This document shows, in pieces, positions 35,755 through 44,763 of a stretch of 64,000 nucleotides of DNA; within the stretch, counting starts at the first letter, position 1; each line of letters opens with the position of its first letter. The position numbers were made by a program, and so were the translations under genes. Where the stretch lies: positions 6,163-70,162 of the forward strand of contig QHSO01000004.1 of assembly GCA_003220475.1 (NCBI GenBank), written 5' to 3'. This stretch comes from Candidatus Rokuibacteriota bacterium (GTDB taxonomy: Bacteria > Methylomirabilota > Methylomirabilia > Rokubacteriales > CSP1-6). The notes under the pieces are model-generated. The model ran no database searches. It saw only the letters and a list, made by a program, of their open reading frames with translations, and was not told the DNA's origin.

Positions 35755-36651
35755 ATGAGCGACAAAGGCATTCATCTCGTTCGCGAGCATCTGGCGAAGC
35801 TGCCGCCGCCGAACACGCTCACCATCGAGCAGCGGCGGGCCCAGTACGAGCGCGCCGAGCGCGTCTTTCCGACGCCGCCGGACGTGAAGGTCGAGACGAT
35901 CGCGGCGCCCGCGCGCCCCGCGGAGTGGCTGACGCCGCCGGGGGTCCGCACCGACGCCGTCGTGCTCTACTTGCACGGCGGCGGCTACGTGATCGGCTCG
36001 CCGCGCTCGCATCGCCACCTGGCGGCCGCCATCGCGCGCTCGGCCGGGACGCGCGCGTTGCTGCTCGACTATCGGCTGGCGCCGGAGCATCCGTTCCCGG
36101 CCGCGTTGGAGGACTCCGTCGCCGCCTATCAGTGGCTGCTCGGGCAGGGCATCGCGCCGGAGCGCGTCGTCGTGGCCGGCGACTCGGCGGGCGGCGGACT
36201 GACGGTGGCGACGCTGCTCGCACTGCGCGACCGAGGGCTGCCGCGGCCGGCCGGCGGCGTCTGCATCTCGCCCTGGGTCGATCTCACGAACAGCGCCGCG
36301 AGCTACGTCACACGGGCGGCCGCCGACCCTATCGTCACGCGCGACGCCATCGAGGGCCTGACGCAGGCCTACATCGGCGCCGGCGATCGCAAGGCGCCGC
36401 TGGTCTCGCCGCTCTACGCCGACCTCCGTCATCTGCCGCCACTGCTGGTGCAGGTCGGCGGCGACGAGGTGCTGCTCGACGACGCGCGTGGCCTCGAACA
36501 GCGCGCGAAGGCGGCCGGCGTGGACGTCACGCTGGAGGAATGGCCCTCGATGATCCACGTCTGGCATTGGTTCCTGCCCATGCTCGACGAGGCCGAGCGC
36601 GCGATCGAGGTCATCGGCCGGTTCGTGAGGAGGGTCCATGGCGCAGCGTGA
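35755..36651 (+). CDS. alpha/beta hydrolase, hormone-sensitive-lipase-type esterase
   Basis: It starts at ATG 35755. Motifs are HGGGY (oxyanion hole) and GDSAGG (nucleophile). Confidence 0.9.
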   Translation: MSDKGIHLVREHLAKLPPPNTLTIEQRRAQYERAERVFPTPPDVKVETIAAPARPAEWLTPPGVRTDAVVLYLHGGGYVIGSPRSHRHLAAAIARSAGTRALLLDYRLAPEHPFPAALEDSVAAYQWLLGQGIAPERVVVAGDSAGGGLTVATLLALRDRGLPRPAGGVCISPWVDLTNSAASYVTRAAADPIVTRDAIEGLTQAYIGAGDRKAPLVSPLYADLRHLPPLLVQVGGDEVLLDDARGLEQRAKAAGVDVTLEEWPSMIHVWHWFLPMLDEAERAIEVIGRFVRRVHGAA

Positions 36652-37429
36652 CGGTCGCACCGTGCTGATCACCGGCGCCGCGCGCGGCATCGGCGCGGCG
36701 ACGGCCCGCCGTTTGGCGCGTGACGGCGGGCGGCTGGTGCTGTCCGACGTCGACGGCGTCGGCGTGGAGAAGCTCGCCGCCGAGCTGGGCGGCGTCGCCG
36801 TGCGCGCCGACGTCACGAACGCCGCCGACATCGCGCGCATGGTCGACGAGCCCTATCAGCGCTGGGGCCGGCTCGACGTGCTTTTCAACAACGCCGGCGT
36901 CATCCGTCTGCAGCCGCTGCTCGACGTGACCGAGGCCGAGTGGAACCGCGTCCTCGACGTCAATCTCAAGGCCGTGTTCTTCGTGCTCCAGGCGGTCGCG
37001 CGTCGCATGAAGACGCAGTCGCCGATGCCGGGCTCGGAGCTGCGCGGCAAGCTGATCCAGACGGCGTCGATCGCCGGCTATCGCGGCGGCAATCATCTGA
37101 TGACGCCGTACTCGGCGTCCAAAGCGGGCGTGATCAGCCTCACGCGCTCGGCGGCGCAGGCGCTCGCGGCCGATCGCATCACGTCCAACTGCGTCTGTCC
37201 CGGCGCCGTCGACACCGCGATGTGGGAGCAGATCGACCGTGAATGGGGCGCGCTGCACGGCTGGGGGCCGCGCGAGGCGTGGAAGCGGCGGATCGCCGGG
37301 ATTCCGCTTGGCCGCCCCGAGACGCCGGACGACGTCGCCGGTGTCATCGCGTTTCTCGCGAGTGCCGATTCGGACTACATGACGGGCCAGGCCATCAAGG
37401 TCGACGGCGGCATGGTGATGGGAGACTGA
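36638..37429 (+). CDS. SDR-family oxidoreductase
   Basis: It overlaps the esterase gene by 14 nt. Motifs are TGAARGIG, NNAG and YSASKAG. Confidence 0.9.
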   Translation: MAQRDGRTVLITGAARGIGAATARRLARDGGRLVLSDVDGVGVEKLAAELGGVAVRADVTNAADIARMVDEPYQRWGRLDVLFNNAGVIRLQPLLDVTEAEWNRVLDVNLKAVFFVLQAVARRMKTQSPMPGSELRGKLIQTASIAGYRGGNHLMTPYSASKAGVISLTRSAAQALAADRITSNCVCPGAVDTAMWEQIDREWGALHGWGPREAWKRRIAGIPLGRPETPDDVAGVIAFLASADSDYMTGQAIKVDGGMVMGD

Positions 37430-38194
37430 GTGCTCGCGACGGCCGATCGCGCGACCGTCATCACGTACGCGGCGCTCCTCGTCGTCACCGCGGCCGCCTG
37501 GCTCGCAATGTTCTGGTCACCGATGGCCGGCGAAGACATGGCCGGCATGGAGATGGCGATCACGCCGACGCTCGGCGACGGCGTCGCGTTCGTCGCGGCA
37601 TGGGCCATCATGATGGCGGCGATGATGTTGCCGAGCGCGATGCCCATGATCGGCCTCTACGCGGCGACACAGCGCAGCGCCGTGAACGCCACGAGGACCA
37701 GCGTCGCGGTCAGCGCGTTTGCACTGATGTACGTGGCGCTGTGGGCGCTGACGGGGGTGCCCATCTACTTCGCGAGCGTCGCGTTGATGGCGGTGGCGCC
37801 GGCGACGCTGGCCTACACGATCGCCGCCGTCCTGATCGTCGCTGGCGTCTTTCAGCTTTCACCGCTCAAACAGGTCTGTCTGCGGCACTGCCGAAGCCCG
37901 CTCGGATTCCTGCTCGGGCACTGGCGCGCGGGCTGGCGCGGCGCCGTGAGCATGGGATGGGCGCACGCGCTCTACTGTCTGGGCTGTTGCGGGGCGCTGA
38001 TGGTGGTGCTCGTCGTCGCTGGCGCGATGGGACTGCCGTGGGTGCTGCTGATCGCGTGCGTCGTGGCCGCCGAGAAGATCCTGCCGCGCGGCGAGTGGAT
38101 CGCGCGCATGACCGGTGTGGCGCTCGCGCTGCTCGGCGTCGCAGTCGCCGCGGAGCCAGGTCTGGCGGCGCTGCTGCGCGCGTGGGCGATGTGA
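37430..38194 (+). CDS. DUF2182 family predicted metal-binding integral membrane protein
   Basis: GTG 37430 immediately follows the SDR stop, with GGAGA upstream. Motifs are MMAAMMLPSAMP, CLRHCRSPLGF and YCLGCCGALM. Confidence 0.85.
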   Translation: MLATADRATVITYAALLVVTAAAWLAMFWSPMAGEDMAGMEMAITPTLGDGVAFVAAWAIMMAAMMLPSAMPMIGLYAATQRSAVNATRTSVAVSAFALMYVALWALTGVPIYFASVALMAVAPATLAYTIAAVLIVAGVFQLSPLKQVCLRHCRSPLGFLLGHWRAGWRGAVSMGWAHALYCLGCCGALMVVLVVAGAMGLPWVLLIACVVAAEKILPRGEWIARMTGVALALLGVAVAAEPGLAALLRAWAM

Positions 38195-38225
38195 CCGTGC
38201 TCGACGTGGTCAACGGAGGCGTGTG

Positions 38226-38846
38226 ATGGCCAACGTTCAGTGGCAGATCAACGGCGAGTATTTTGAGGCGTGCAACTGCGACTCGGTGTGTCCGTGTCCG
38301 ACGTCGGGCCTGGCGGCGCGTCCGACCAAGGGTGTGTGCGACGCCGGCCTTGTGTTCCAGGTTCAGCGTGGTCGCTACGGCAGTAGCACGCTCGACGGAC
38401 TCAGCTTCGCCGTACTCTTGCACACGCCCGGCCCGATGATCCAGGGCAACTGGACGGTCGGCCTCATCCTGGACGAGCGCGCGTCGAAGGAGCAGCGCGA
38501 GGCGCTCACGACGATCGCGAGCGGCCAGGGCGGCGGCCCGATGGCCGCCCTCGCACCGCTCATCGGGAAGTTCGCCGGCGCGGAGGCCAAGCCGATCAAG
38601 ATCGAGAGCAGTGGGATGCGCCGCTCGGTGTCCATTCCAGGCGTCCTCGACCTCATGGTCGAAGGGATTCCCGGCGCCAACCAGGGGGAGCCGATCTATC
38701 TCGACAACGTGGGGCATCCGGCGGCTTCGCGCCTGGCGCTGGCCAAGGCGTCGCGCAGCCACATGCACGCGTTCGGGATCAACTGGGACGACACGTCCGG
38801 TCGCAACAACGGCCACTTCGCGCCGTTCTCGTGGAAGTCGGCATGA
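38226..38846 (+). CDS. DUF1326 family protein (Cys-rich N-terminus)
   Basis: It starts at ATG 38226. The N-terminus reads QINGEYFEACNCDSVCPCP. DUF1326 is the usual genomic partner of DUF2182 (recalled). Confidence 0.85.
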   Translation: MANVQWQINGEYFEACNCDSVCPCPTSGLAARPTKGVCDAGLVFQVQRGRYGSSTLDGLSFAVLLHTPGPMIQGNWTVGLILDERASKEQREALTTIASGQGGGPMAALAPLIGKFAGAEAKPIKIESSGMRRSVSIPGVLDLMVEGIPGANQGEPIYLDNVGHPAASRLALAKASRSHMHAFGINWDDTSGRNNGHFAPFSWKSA

Positions 38847-40480
38847 GCAACATGACCGTTCTGGACCCGACCGGCTATCCGCCGAAGATCTCCGCCAAGC
38901 AACTCGCGCCGCGACTCGACACGCTGAACGGCAGGACGGTATATCTCGTCGACTGTCGCTTCGACGACTCCGGGCTGTTCCTCGAGCAGATGCGGGCGTG
39001 GCTCGCCGAGCACCTGCCCGGCGTGACGACCGTGCTGAAGCCGATCTCCAGCGTGTATCTCGTCGACGATCCGAAGACGTGGGAGGAGATCCGGGCGCGC
39101 GGCCACGCCGCGATCCTCGGCGTCGGCCACTGAAGCACCTGCGCGCCGGCGGTCGCCGCGCACGCGATGACGCTCGAAGCCAAGTACGGCGTGCCCACCG
39201 TGGCCGTGCACACCGACAAGTTCGACAAGGTCGTGCGCTCGGTGGCCGAGGTCAGCGGCATGCCCGATCTCGCGCAGGTGTTCGTACCGCAGCCGATCAT
39301 GGGCAAGACGCCGGCGCAGCTGCGCGCGTACGTCGATGGCACCGATCCGATCAGCGGCCGCCACGTCATGCAGGAGGTGATCGACGGTCTCACGCGTCCG
39401 CGTGACGGCGGGCGTGGGGCCGGCGAGTACGATCGTTCGACGCCGCGCCTCGTCGAGCCCGACTCCGAGGAGAACCTGCATCGCCTCTTCCTCGAGCGGA
39501 ACTGGACGGACACGCTGCCGATCGTGTTGCCGACGGAAGAACGTGTGGGCGCGATGCTCGGCGGCACGCGGCGCAAGCCCGACGAGATCGTCGGGCGCAT
39601 GCGCTCGACGCACTTCCGCGAGTACTGGCAGTACACCGTCGAGAAGGTCGCGGTGAACGCGGTGATGGCGGGGGCGCGGCCGGAGTACTTCCCCGTGATT
39701 CTCGCGCTGGCGGCGACGGGCGTCACCGCACGCGGGTCGTCCTCGAGCGCGGTGGCGGCGATGGCGGTGGTGAACGGGCCGATTCGTCGCGAGATCGGGA
39801 TGAACGCCGGCACCGGTGCGATGGGACCCTACAACCACGCCAACGCGACGATCGGCCGGGCGTACGGCCTGCTGTCGCAGAACGGACAGGGCGGCTCGGT
39901 GCCCGGCCTTTCGTACATGGGCAACCAGGGCAACAACTATGCGTACAACAGCGTGACGTTCGCCGAGAACGAAGAGCGCAGCCCGTGGGAGCCGTTCCAC
40001 GTTCAGCACGGCCTGGCCCTCTCGGACAGCGCGGTGAGCGTCTTCTCCGGCGTGCGCTCGACGGCGTTCACGCTCGGACTGCGCGAGAAGCACTGGCGCG
40101 AGCACGTCGGCCATCTGCTGCGCGGCATGGACCCGCACGGGCCGCCCGCGCTGCTGCTCGATCCGATCGCCGCGCGCCAGTTCGTCGACCGCGGCGGGTT
40201 CACCAAGAAGGACGCGCTGATCGACTGGCTCCACGACGCGGCGCGCATGCGCGCCGGCGAGTACTGGGACTATCAGCTGATCCAGAACTACATCTATCCG
40301 CGCGCGACGTTCGGCGAGGAGCCGTGGGCGAGCAAGCTCGAGGCGGCCGCCGACGAGGAAATCCCCATGTTCCGCCGCGAGGACATCCACGTGATCGTGG
40401 TCGGCGGCGAGACCAACGGCTACTGGCGGATCATGGGCTGCAACTATCAAACGACGGAGTCGGTGGACGCGTGGCGCTGA
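38843..40480 (+). CDS. candidate selenoprotein: UGSC-like (U-x-x-C) domain fused to an uncharacterised C-terminal domain; TGA 39131-39133 read as Sec
   Basis: ATG 38843 overlaps the DUF1326 stop (ATGA). ORFs 38831..39133 and 39167..40480 are in the same frame with no other stop between them. The junction reads ILGVGH-U-STCAPAV. ATG 39167 has no RBS. The alternative reading is two separate CDS. Confidence 0.5.
39140..39162 (+). other. candidate bacterial SECIS hairpin
   Basis: The stem is tgcgcg/cgcgca (6 bp). After a C.C mismatch it extends by C:G, G:C and G.U to a CGG triloop whose apex is 17-21 nt after the UGA. GC-rich sequence forms such hairpins easily. Confidence 0.3.
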
Positions 40481-40863
40481 TCTTCGCCGTCCTCGTCGTG
40501 CTGCTGAGCGCCGAGCTCGCGACGGCGGACGACGCAATGCGGCTGGCCATGGCTCGCCTACGGCTGACCACCGACCCCAAGATTCCCGTCGGCTGCACGC
40601 CCCTTGGCTCCGTGGACGACAACTCCGTGAAGCGTCTGCGGGTCAAGGTCGTTCGGCTCGGAGGCGACACGGCGCTGCTGTCGTTTCCGACCGAGCGGCT
40701 GGAGCGCATCACCGCGATCGTGTTCCGCTGCCCACCGGCGGCGGCCGAGCCGAGCACGCCACCGGCGGTGACGTCGGAGCCGCCGGCCGCGCCGAGCGTG
40801 CCGCCACCCGCCAGCGCACCGCCACCGCCGCCACCACCCGGATCGGCACCAGCACCGCGATAG
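40471..40863 (+). CDS. small secreted protein (DUF4156-like core, Pro-rich tail)
   Basis: GTG 40471 overlaps the upstream gene by 10 nt. The signal peptide is ALIFAVLVVLLSAELATA. The core LRLTTDPKIPVGCTPLGSV...VRLGGDTALL resembles DUF4156 lipoproteins (recalled). Confidence 0.45.
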   Translation: MALIFAVLVVLLSAELATADDAMRLAMARLRLTTDPKIPVGCTPLGSVDDNSVKRLRVKVVRLGGDTALLSFPTERLERITAIVFRCPPAAAEPSTPPAVTSEPPAAPSVPPPASAPPPPPPPGSAPAPR

Positions 40864-40919
40864 CGCGATCACCCGCGACCACGTTGCGCCGTCGCGCGCG
40901 TTGTGGTCCACTCCCCGCC

Positions 40920-42074
40920 ATGCCGGCCGTCTTCCGCTTCGCGCTCAACGACCTGCCGCCGGAGGCGGAGAGCCTCCGCGCGGAGGTGCGCGAGTTCCTC
41001 CGCAAGGAATTCAGCGGCGCCGCGCCGGTCAAGCGCGCGAAGTCGTGGGGCGGGTTCGACCGCGAGTTCTCGCGTCGCGTGGGCGCGCGCGGCTGGATCG
41101 GCATGACGTGGCCCAAGACGTACGGCGGCCACGAGCGCTCGTTCCTCGAGCGCTACGTGGTCATGGAGGAGATGCTGGCCGCCGGCGCGCCGGTGAGCGC
41201 CCACTGGGTGGCCGACCGGCAGAGCGGGCCGTTGCTGCTGCGCTTCGGCACGGAGGCGCAGCGGCAGAAGATCCTGCCGAGCATCGTGCGCGGCGAGCTG
41301 GCGTTCGCCATCGGCATGAGCGAGCCCGACTCGGGCTCGGACCTCGCGTCGATCCGCACGCGCGCCACCAAGACGGACGGCGGCTATCTCGTCAACGGCA
41401 CCAAGGTGTGGACGTCGAACGCGCACCTGTCCGATTACGCGATCTCGCTGTTCCGCACCCAGGTCGTGCCGGACAAGAAGCACGAGGGCCTCACGCAGTT
41501 CCTCGTCGATCTGCGCAACACCACGGGCATCACCATCCGCCCCATCATCGACCTCGCCGGCAAGCATCACTTCAACGAGGTCAACTTCACGGACGCGTTC
41601 GTGCCCGACGAGGCGCGCGTGGGCAACGAGGGTGACGGCTGGAAGCAGGTGACCACCGAGCTGGGCTTCGAGCGCAGCGGGCCCGAGCGCTACCTGTCGT
41701 CGATCGCGCTGATCCGCGAGGTGGTGCGCGAGGTGAGCGCGCATCCCGACGACCGTGGAACCGAGTCGATCGGCCGAATGGTCGCGAGCCTGGCGACGCT
41801 GCGGCAGATGTCGACGTCGGTGGCCGGGATGCTGCAGGCAGGCGAGACCGTCAACCTCGAGGCGGCCGCGGTCAAGGACGTCGGCACCACGTTCGAGCAG
41901 TCCATCCCCGAGCTCGCGCACGCGCTGCTCGACCTCGAGCCCACGCTGACGAGCGGCTCCGACCTGCAGCAGGTGCTCGGCTACATCACGCAAACCGCGC
42001 CCTCCTTCTCGCTGCGCGGCGGCACGCGCGAAATCCTGCGCGGCATCATCGCCCGAGGTCTCGGATTACGGTGA
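40920..42074 (+). CDS. acyl-CoA dehydrogenase family protein
   Basis: ATG 40920 gives 384 aa. Motifs are GMSEPDSGSDLASIRT and SLRGGTREILRGIIAR. Confidence 0.9.
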   Translation: MPAVFRFALNDLPPEAESLRAEVREFLRKEFSGAAPVKRAKSWGGFDREFSRRVGARGWIGMTWPKTYGGHERSFLERYVVMEEMLAAGAPVSAHWVADRQSGPLLLRFGTEAQRQKILPSIVRGELAFAIGMSEPDSGSDLASIRTRATKTDGGYLVNGTKVWTSNAHLSDYAISLFRTQVVPDKKHEGLTQFLVDLRNTTGITIRPIIDLAGKHHFNEVNFTDAFVPDEARVGNEGDGWKQVTTELGFERSGPERYLSSIALIREVVREVSAHPDDRGTESIGRMVASLATLRQMSTSVAGMLQAGETVNLEAAAVKDVGTTFEQSIPELAHALLDLEPTLTSGSDLQQVLGYITQTAPSFSLRGGTREILRGIIARGLGLR

Positions 42075-42129
42075 GTGCGCGTCAGCCGCGCCCACCTAGG
42101 GCAGGCCACCCACGAACCGAGCCGACCTC

Positions 42130-43038
42130 GTGGACCCCGCTACAGTGACCAAAGACCTCCGCTCGCTGCTTTCCGACACCGTCACGCGGCTGTTCACCGA
42201 TCTCGCGACCAAGGAGCTGATCGAGGCCGCCGAGAAGGGCACGTGGCCCGACAAGCTCTGGCGCGCGCTCGAAGAAGGCGGTCTCGGGCCGCTCACGCTC
42301 GCCCCGGTGCGCCGCGCCGAGCGGCTCAGTTTGACCGACCGCGGCGGTGGCGTCACCGTCGACGGCCGTGTCACGCGGGTGCCGTGGGGACGCGACGCCG
42401 GCCACGTCGTGACCGTGGGCGATCTGGACGGTCGCCCCACCGTGGCGCTGATCGCCCGCGGCGCCGCGACGATCGAGGAGGATCGCAACCTCGCGCTCGA
42501 GCCGCGCGACACGCTGATCTTCCGCGAGGCGCGCGCGGTCGCGGCCGCGCCCGCGGACGTTGCCGCCGACGCCATCCGGCGGCTCGGCGCCATGGCGCGC
42601 GCCGCGCAGATGGCGGGCGCGCTCGAGTCGTGTCTGGTGCAATCGGTGCGCTATGCCACCGAGCGAAAGCAGTTCGGCCGTCCGATCGGCAGCTTCCAGG
42701 CGATCCAGCAGAATCTCGCCGTGCTCGCCGGGCACGTCGCGGCCGCGGGCATCGCGGCCGAGTCCGCGTTCCGCGCGGCGGAGCGCGGGGACGCGCGCTT
42801 CGAGATCGCGGTGGCCAAGGTGCGCGTGGGCGAGGCGGCCGGCGTCGGTGCGGGCATCGCCCATCAAACGCACGGCGCCATCGGGTTCACCTACGAGCAT
42901 TCGCTGCACTTCGCGACGCGCCGCTTGTGGTCGTGGCGCGCGGAATTCGGCAGCGAGAGCGCGTGGGCACGCGAGCTGGGCCACGCCGTCGCCGCTCGCG
43001 GCGCCGATGCGCTCTGGAGCGACTTGACCGCGCGCTGA
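42130..43038 (+). CDS. acyl-CoA dehydrogenase-like protein (short, partner-subunit type)
   Basis: The product is 302 aa. The C-terminal ACAD helical domain is present (YATERKQFGRPIGSFQAIQ), but the N-terminal and middle domains are reduced. Confidence 0.8.
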   Translation: MDPATVTKDLRSLLSDTVTRLFTDLATKELIEAAEKGTWPDKLWRALEEGGLGPLTLAPVRRAERLSLTDRGGGVTVDGRVTRVPWGRDAGHVVTVGDLDGRPTVALIARGAATIEEDRNLALEPRDTLIFREARAVAAAPADVAADAIRRLGAMARAAQMAGALESCLVQSVRYATERKQFGRPIGSFQAIQQNLAVLAGHVAAAGIAAESAFRAAERGDARFEIAVAKVRVGEAAGVGAGIAHQTHGAIGFTYEHSLHFATRRLWSWRAEFGSESAWARELGHAVAARGADALWSDLTAR

Positions 43039-43051
43039 GCCAGGAGAGTCG

Positions 43052-43897
43052 ATGGGCCGGATCGTGTTCGCCGCCGCGATGTCCCACGTCCTCGATCCCG
43101 ACTACTACGAACGCGTGTGCGGCGCCGTGGGGCGACGCAAGACCGACGAGGCCATGGCCGCCATCGCCGCGATGGGTGAGCGGTTCTCGGCGACGGGCGC
43201 CGACGCGCTCGTCGTCGTGGCCGACGATCACCTCAACGCGTTTTCGTTCAACTGCGTGCCCGCCATATGCGTGCGGATCGGCCGGGACGTGCCGCGCATG
43301 CGTCAGGATCACGCCGAGGCCTTCGACGCCGTGCTCGAGCACATGCCGATCAGTTATCCGCTGCACGAGGCGCTCGCCAACGCGATTCTCGAGCAGGGCA
43401 CGGCGGCAGGATTCGACCTCGCGCTGTCGTGGGAGGCGCCCGTCGACCACGCCTTCCTGGCCCCCGTCAACACGATGCACGGCACGCGCCCGATCCCGCC
43501 GCTGGTGCCGATCTGGATCAACTGCTTCGTCGCGCCGCAGCCGACCGCGCGGCGCTGCTTCGCCTTCGGCCAGCACATCGCGCGCGTCGTCGCGCGCGGC
43601 GACTGGAATGTCGGCATCATCGCGACGGGCGGACTCTCGCACTTCCCGGAGCTGTCGGTGGCCCGCATCGGCGACACCGACAGCGTGTTCGACGGCAGGC
43701 TGATCCACTGGATGGAGCGGGGCGAGCACGAGCCGCTGCAGGCGCTCAGCGGCGACGAGCTGCACAAGAGCGGCAGTCACGAGTTCCTCAACTGGATGGT
43801 GCTGCTCGGCGCAGTGAGCCCCGCGCGCGCCGAGGTGCGCTACTTCGGCGAGCTGCCGCGGATCAACCTGGCGGCCGTGGAGTGGAACCTCGCGTGA
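43052..43897 (+). CDS. class III extradiol ring-cleavage dioxygenase, LigB-type catalytic subunit
   Basis: ATG 43052 follows AGGAGAG. Metal and catalytic residues are in context: AAMSHVL, VADDHLNAF, GGLSHFPE and GSHEFLNW. Confidence 0.85.
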   Translation: MGRIVFAAAMSHVLDPDYYERVCGAVGRRKTDEAMAAIAAMGERFSATGADALVVVADDHLNAFSFNCVPAICVRIGRDVPRMRQDHAEAFDAVLEHMPISYPLHEALANAILEQGTAAGFDLALSWEAPVDHAFLAPVNTMHGTRPIPPLVPIWINCFVAPQPTARRCFAFGQHIARVVARGDWNVGIIATGGLSHFPELSVARIGDTDSVFDGRLIHWMERGEHEPLQALSGDELHKSGSHEFLNWMVLLGAVSPARAEVRYFGELPRINLAAVEWNLA

Positions 43898-44121
43898 GCC
43901 GCTACGCCGTGAACAGCCTGCTGTACCGGCTCAAGAAGGATCCCGAGTTTCGCGCGCGCTTCGGCGCGGACCCGCTGGCCGCCATTGCCGACGCGGATCT
44001 CAGCGCCGACGAGCGCGCCGCCTTCGCGGCCCGCGACATGCGGCGGATCAACGAGCTCGGCGGCTATCTGCATCTCGTGCTCTCGATTCCCGGCCTCGCC
44101 GTCCATCCGCCACGGCACTGA
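43894..44121 (+). CDS. LigA-like small subunit of extradiol dioxygenase
   Basis: GTG 43894 overlaps the LigB stop (GTGA). The 75-aa product contains YAVNSLLYRLKKDPEFRARF...LSADERAAFAARDMRRINELGGY. Confidence 0.6.
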   Translation: MSRYAVNSLLYRLKKDPEFRARFGADPLAAIADADLSADERAAFAARDMRRINELGGYLHLVLSIPGLAVHPPRH

Positions 44122-44131
44122 CGCGCTCGCC

Positions 44132-44593
44132 TCACCGCTTCTTCGCGGCGCTGTTCGGACCCAGGTGCTTGAGGTCGCCGACCTCGCGGATGGCGTTGAT
44201 CATCTCGGTCGGAATCGGCATGGCCTTCAGCGTGCCGTCCTCCATGATCCGCGCGTAGACGCGCGTGGCGCGACCCTCACTCACCGCGGCGCCGGTCATC
44301 GCGTTCTTGGCCTTACAGTTCCAGTGCAGCGTGTGCTCACCGATCTCCGCGAGGGTGATCGTCGTGAGGATGCGATCGCCGTAGGCGGCGGGACCGATGA
44401 AGCGGAAGTGGATCTCGCCCATCACGAACGTCGTCCGATCGTTCTTGATCATCTGCTCGATCGGATAACCGATGATGCGGAACAGCTCGTGCTCGGTGTC
44501 GTTGAACCAGGCCACGATGCGCGGATAGTAGACGAGACCGAACGGGTCGGACTCGCCCCAGTTCACCGTGATTTCCCGCCAGTACATCGCCAT
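44132..44593 (-). CDS. hotdog-fold acyl-CoA thioesterase (4HBT/YbgC-like)
   Basis: ATG 44593 follows GGGAGGA and gives 153 aa. The N-terminus contains WGESDPFGLVYYP with the catalytic Asp. Confidence 0.85.
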   Translation of the reverse strand: MAMYWREITVNWGESDPFGLVYYPRIVAWFNDTEHELFRIIGYPIEQMIKNDRTTFVMGEIHFRFIGPAAYGDRILTTITLAEIGEHTLHWNCKAKNAMTGAAVSEGRATRVYARIMEDGTLKAMPIPTEMINAIREVGDLKHLGPNSAAKKR

Positions 44594-44763
44594 GCCTGGT
44601 TCCTCCCGGCCGGTATTGTAGCCGCACCCCTTCGCGGCGGGGTCAAGCGGGCAGCGGCCTGTCACGACGCCCAGCATTTTGGTCAGAATCCATCCGGCCG
44701 CCACGGCGCGCGCGGGAGCTTAACTCATCGGCGCGAAAGCACTTCCCCCCGGCATGCGCGGTT

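Noticed and set aside
34483-36840. The 785-aa ORF (and likewise the 718-aa ORF 21636..23792) read as single giant proteins.
   Set aside because: Only the C-terminal parts have protein-like sequence and RBS-preceded internal starts (35697 for the first, 22961 and 23710 for the second). The N-terminal extensions run antisense through well-supported genes.
44594-44700. Sigma70-type promoter TTGACC ... TACAAT upstream of the thioesterase gene (minus strand).
   Set aside because: The spacer is about 20 nt, outside the usual 16-18 nt. The -10-like TACAAT alone is not sufficient.
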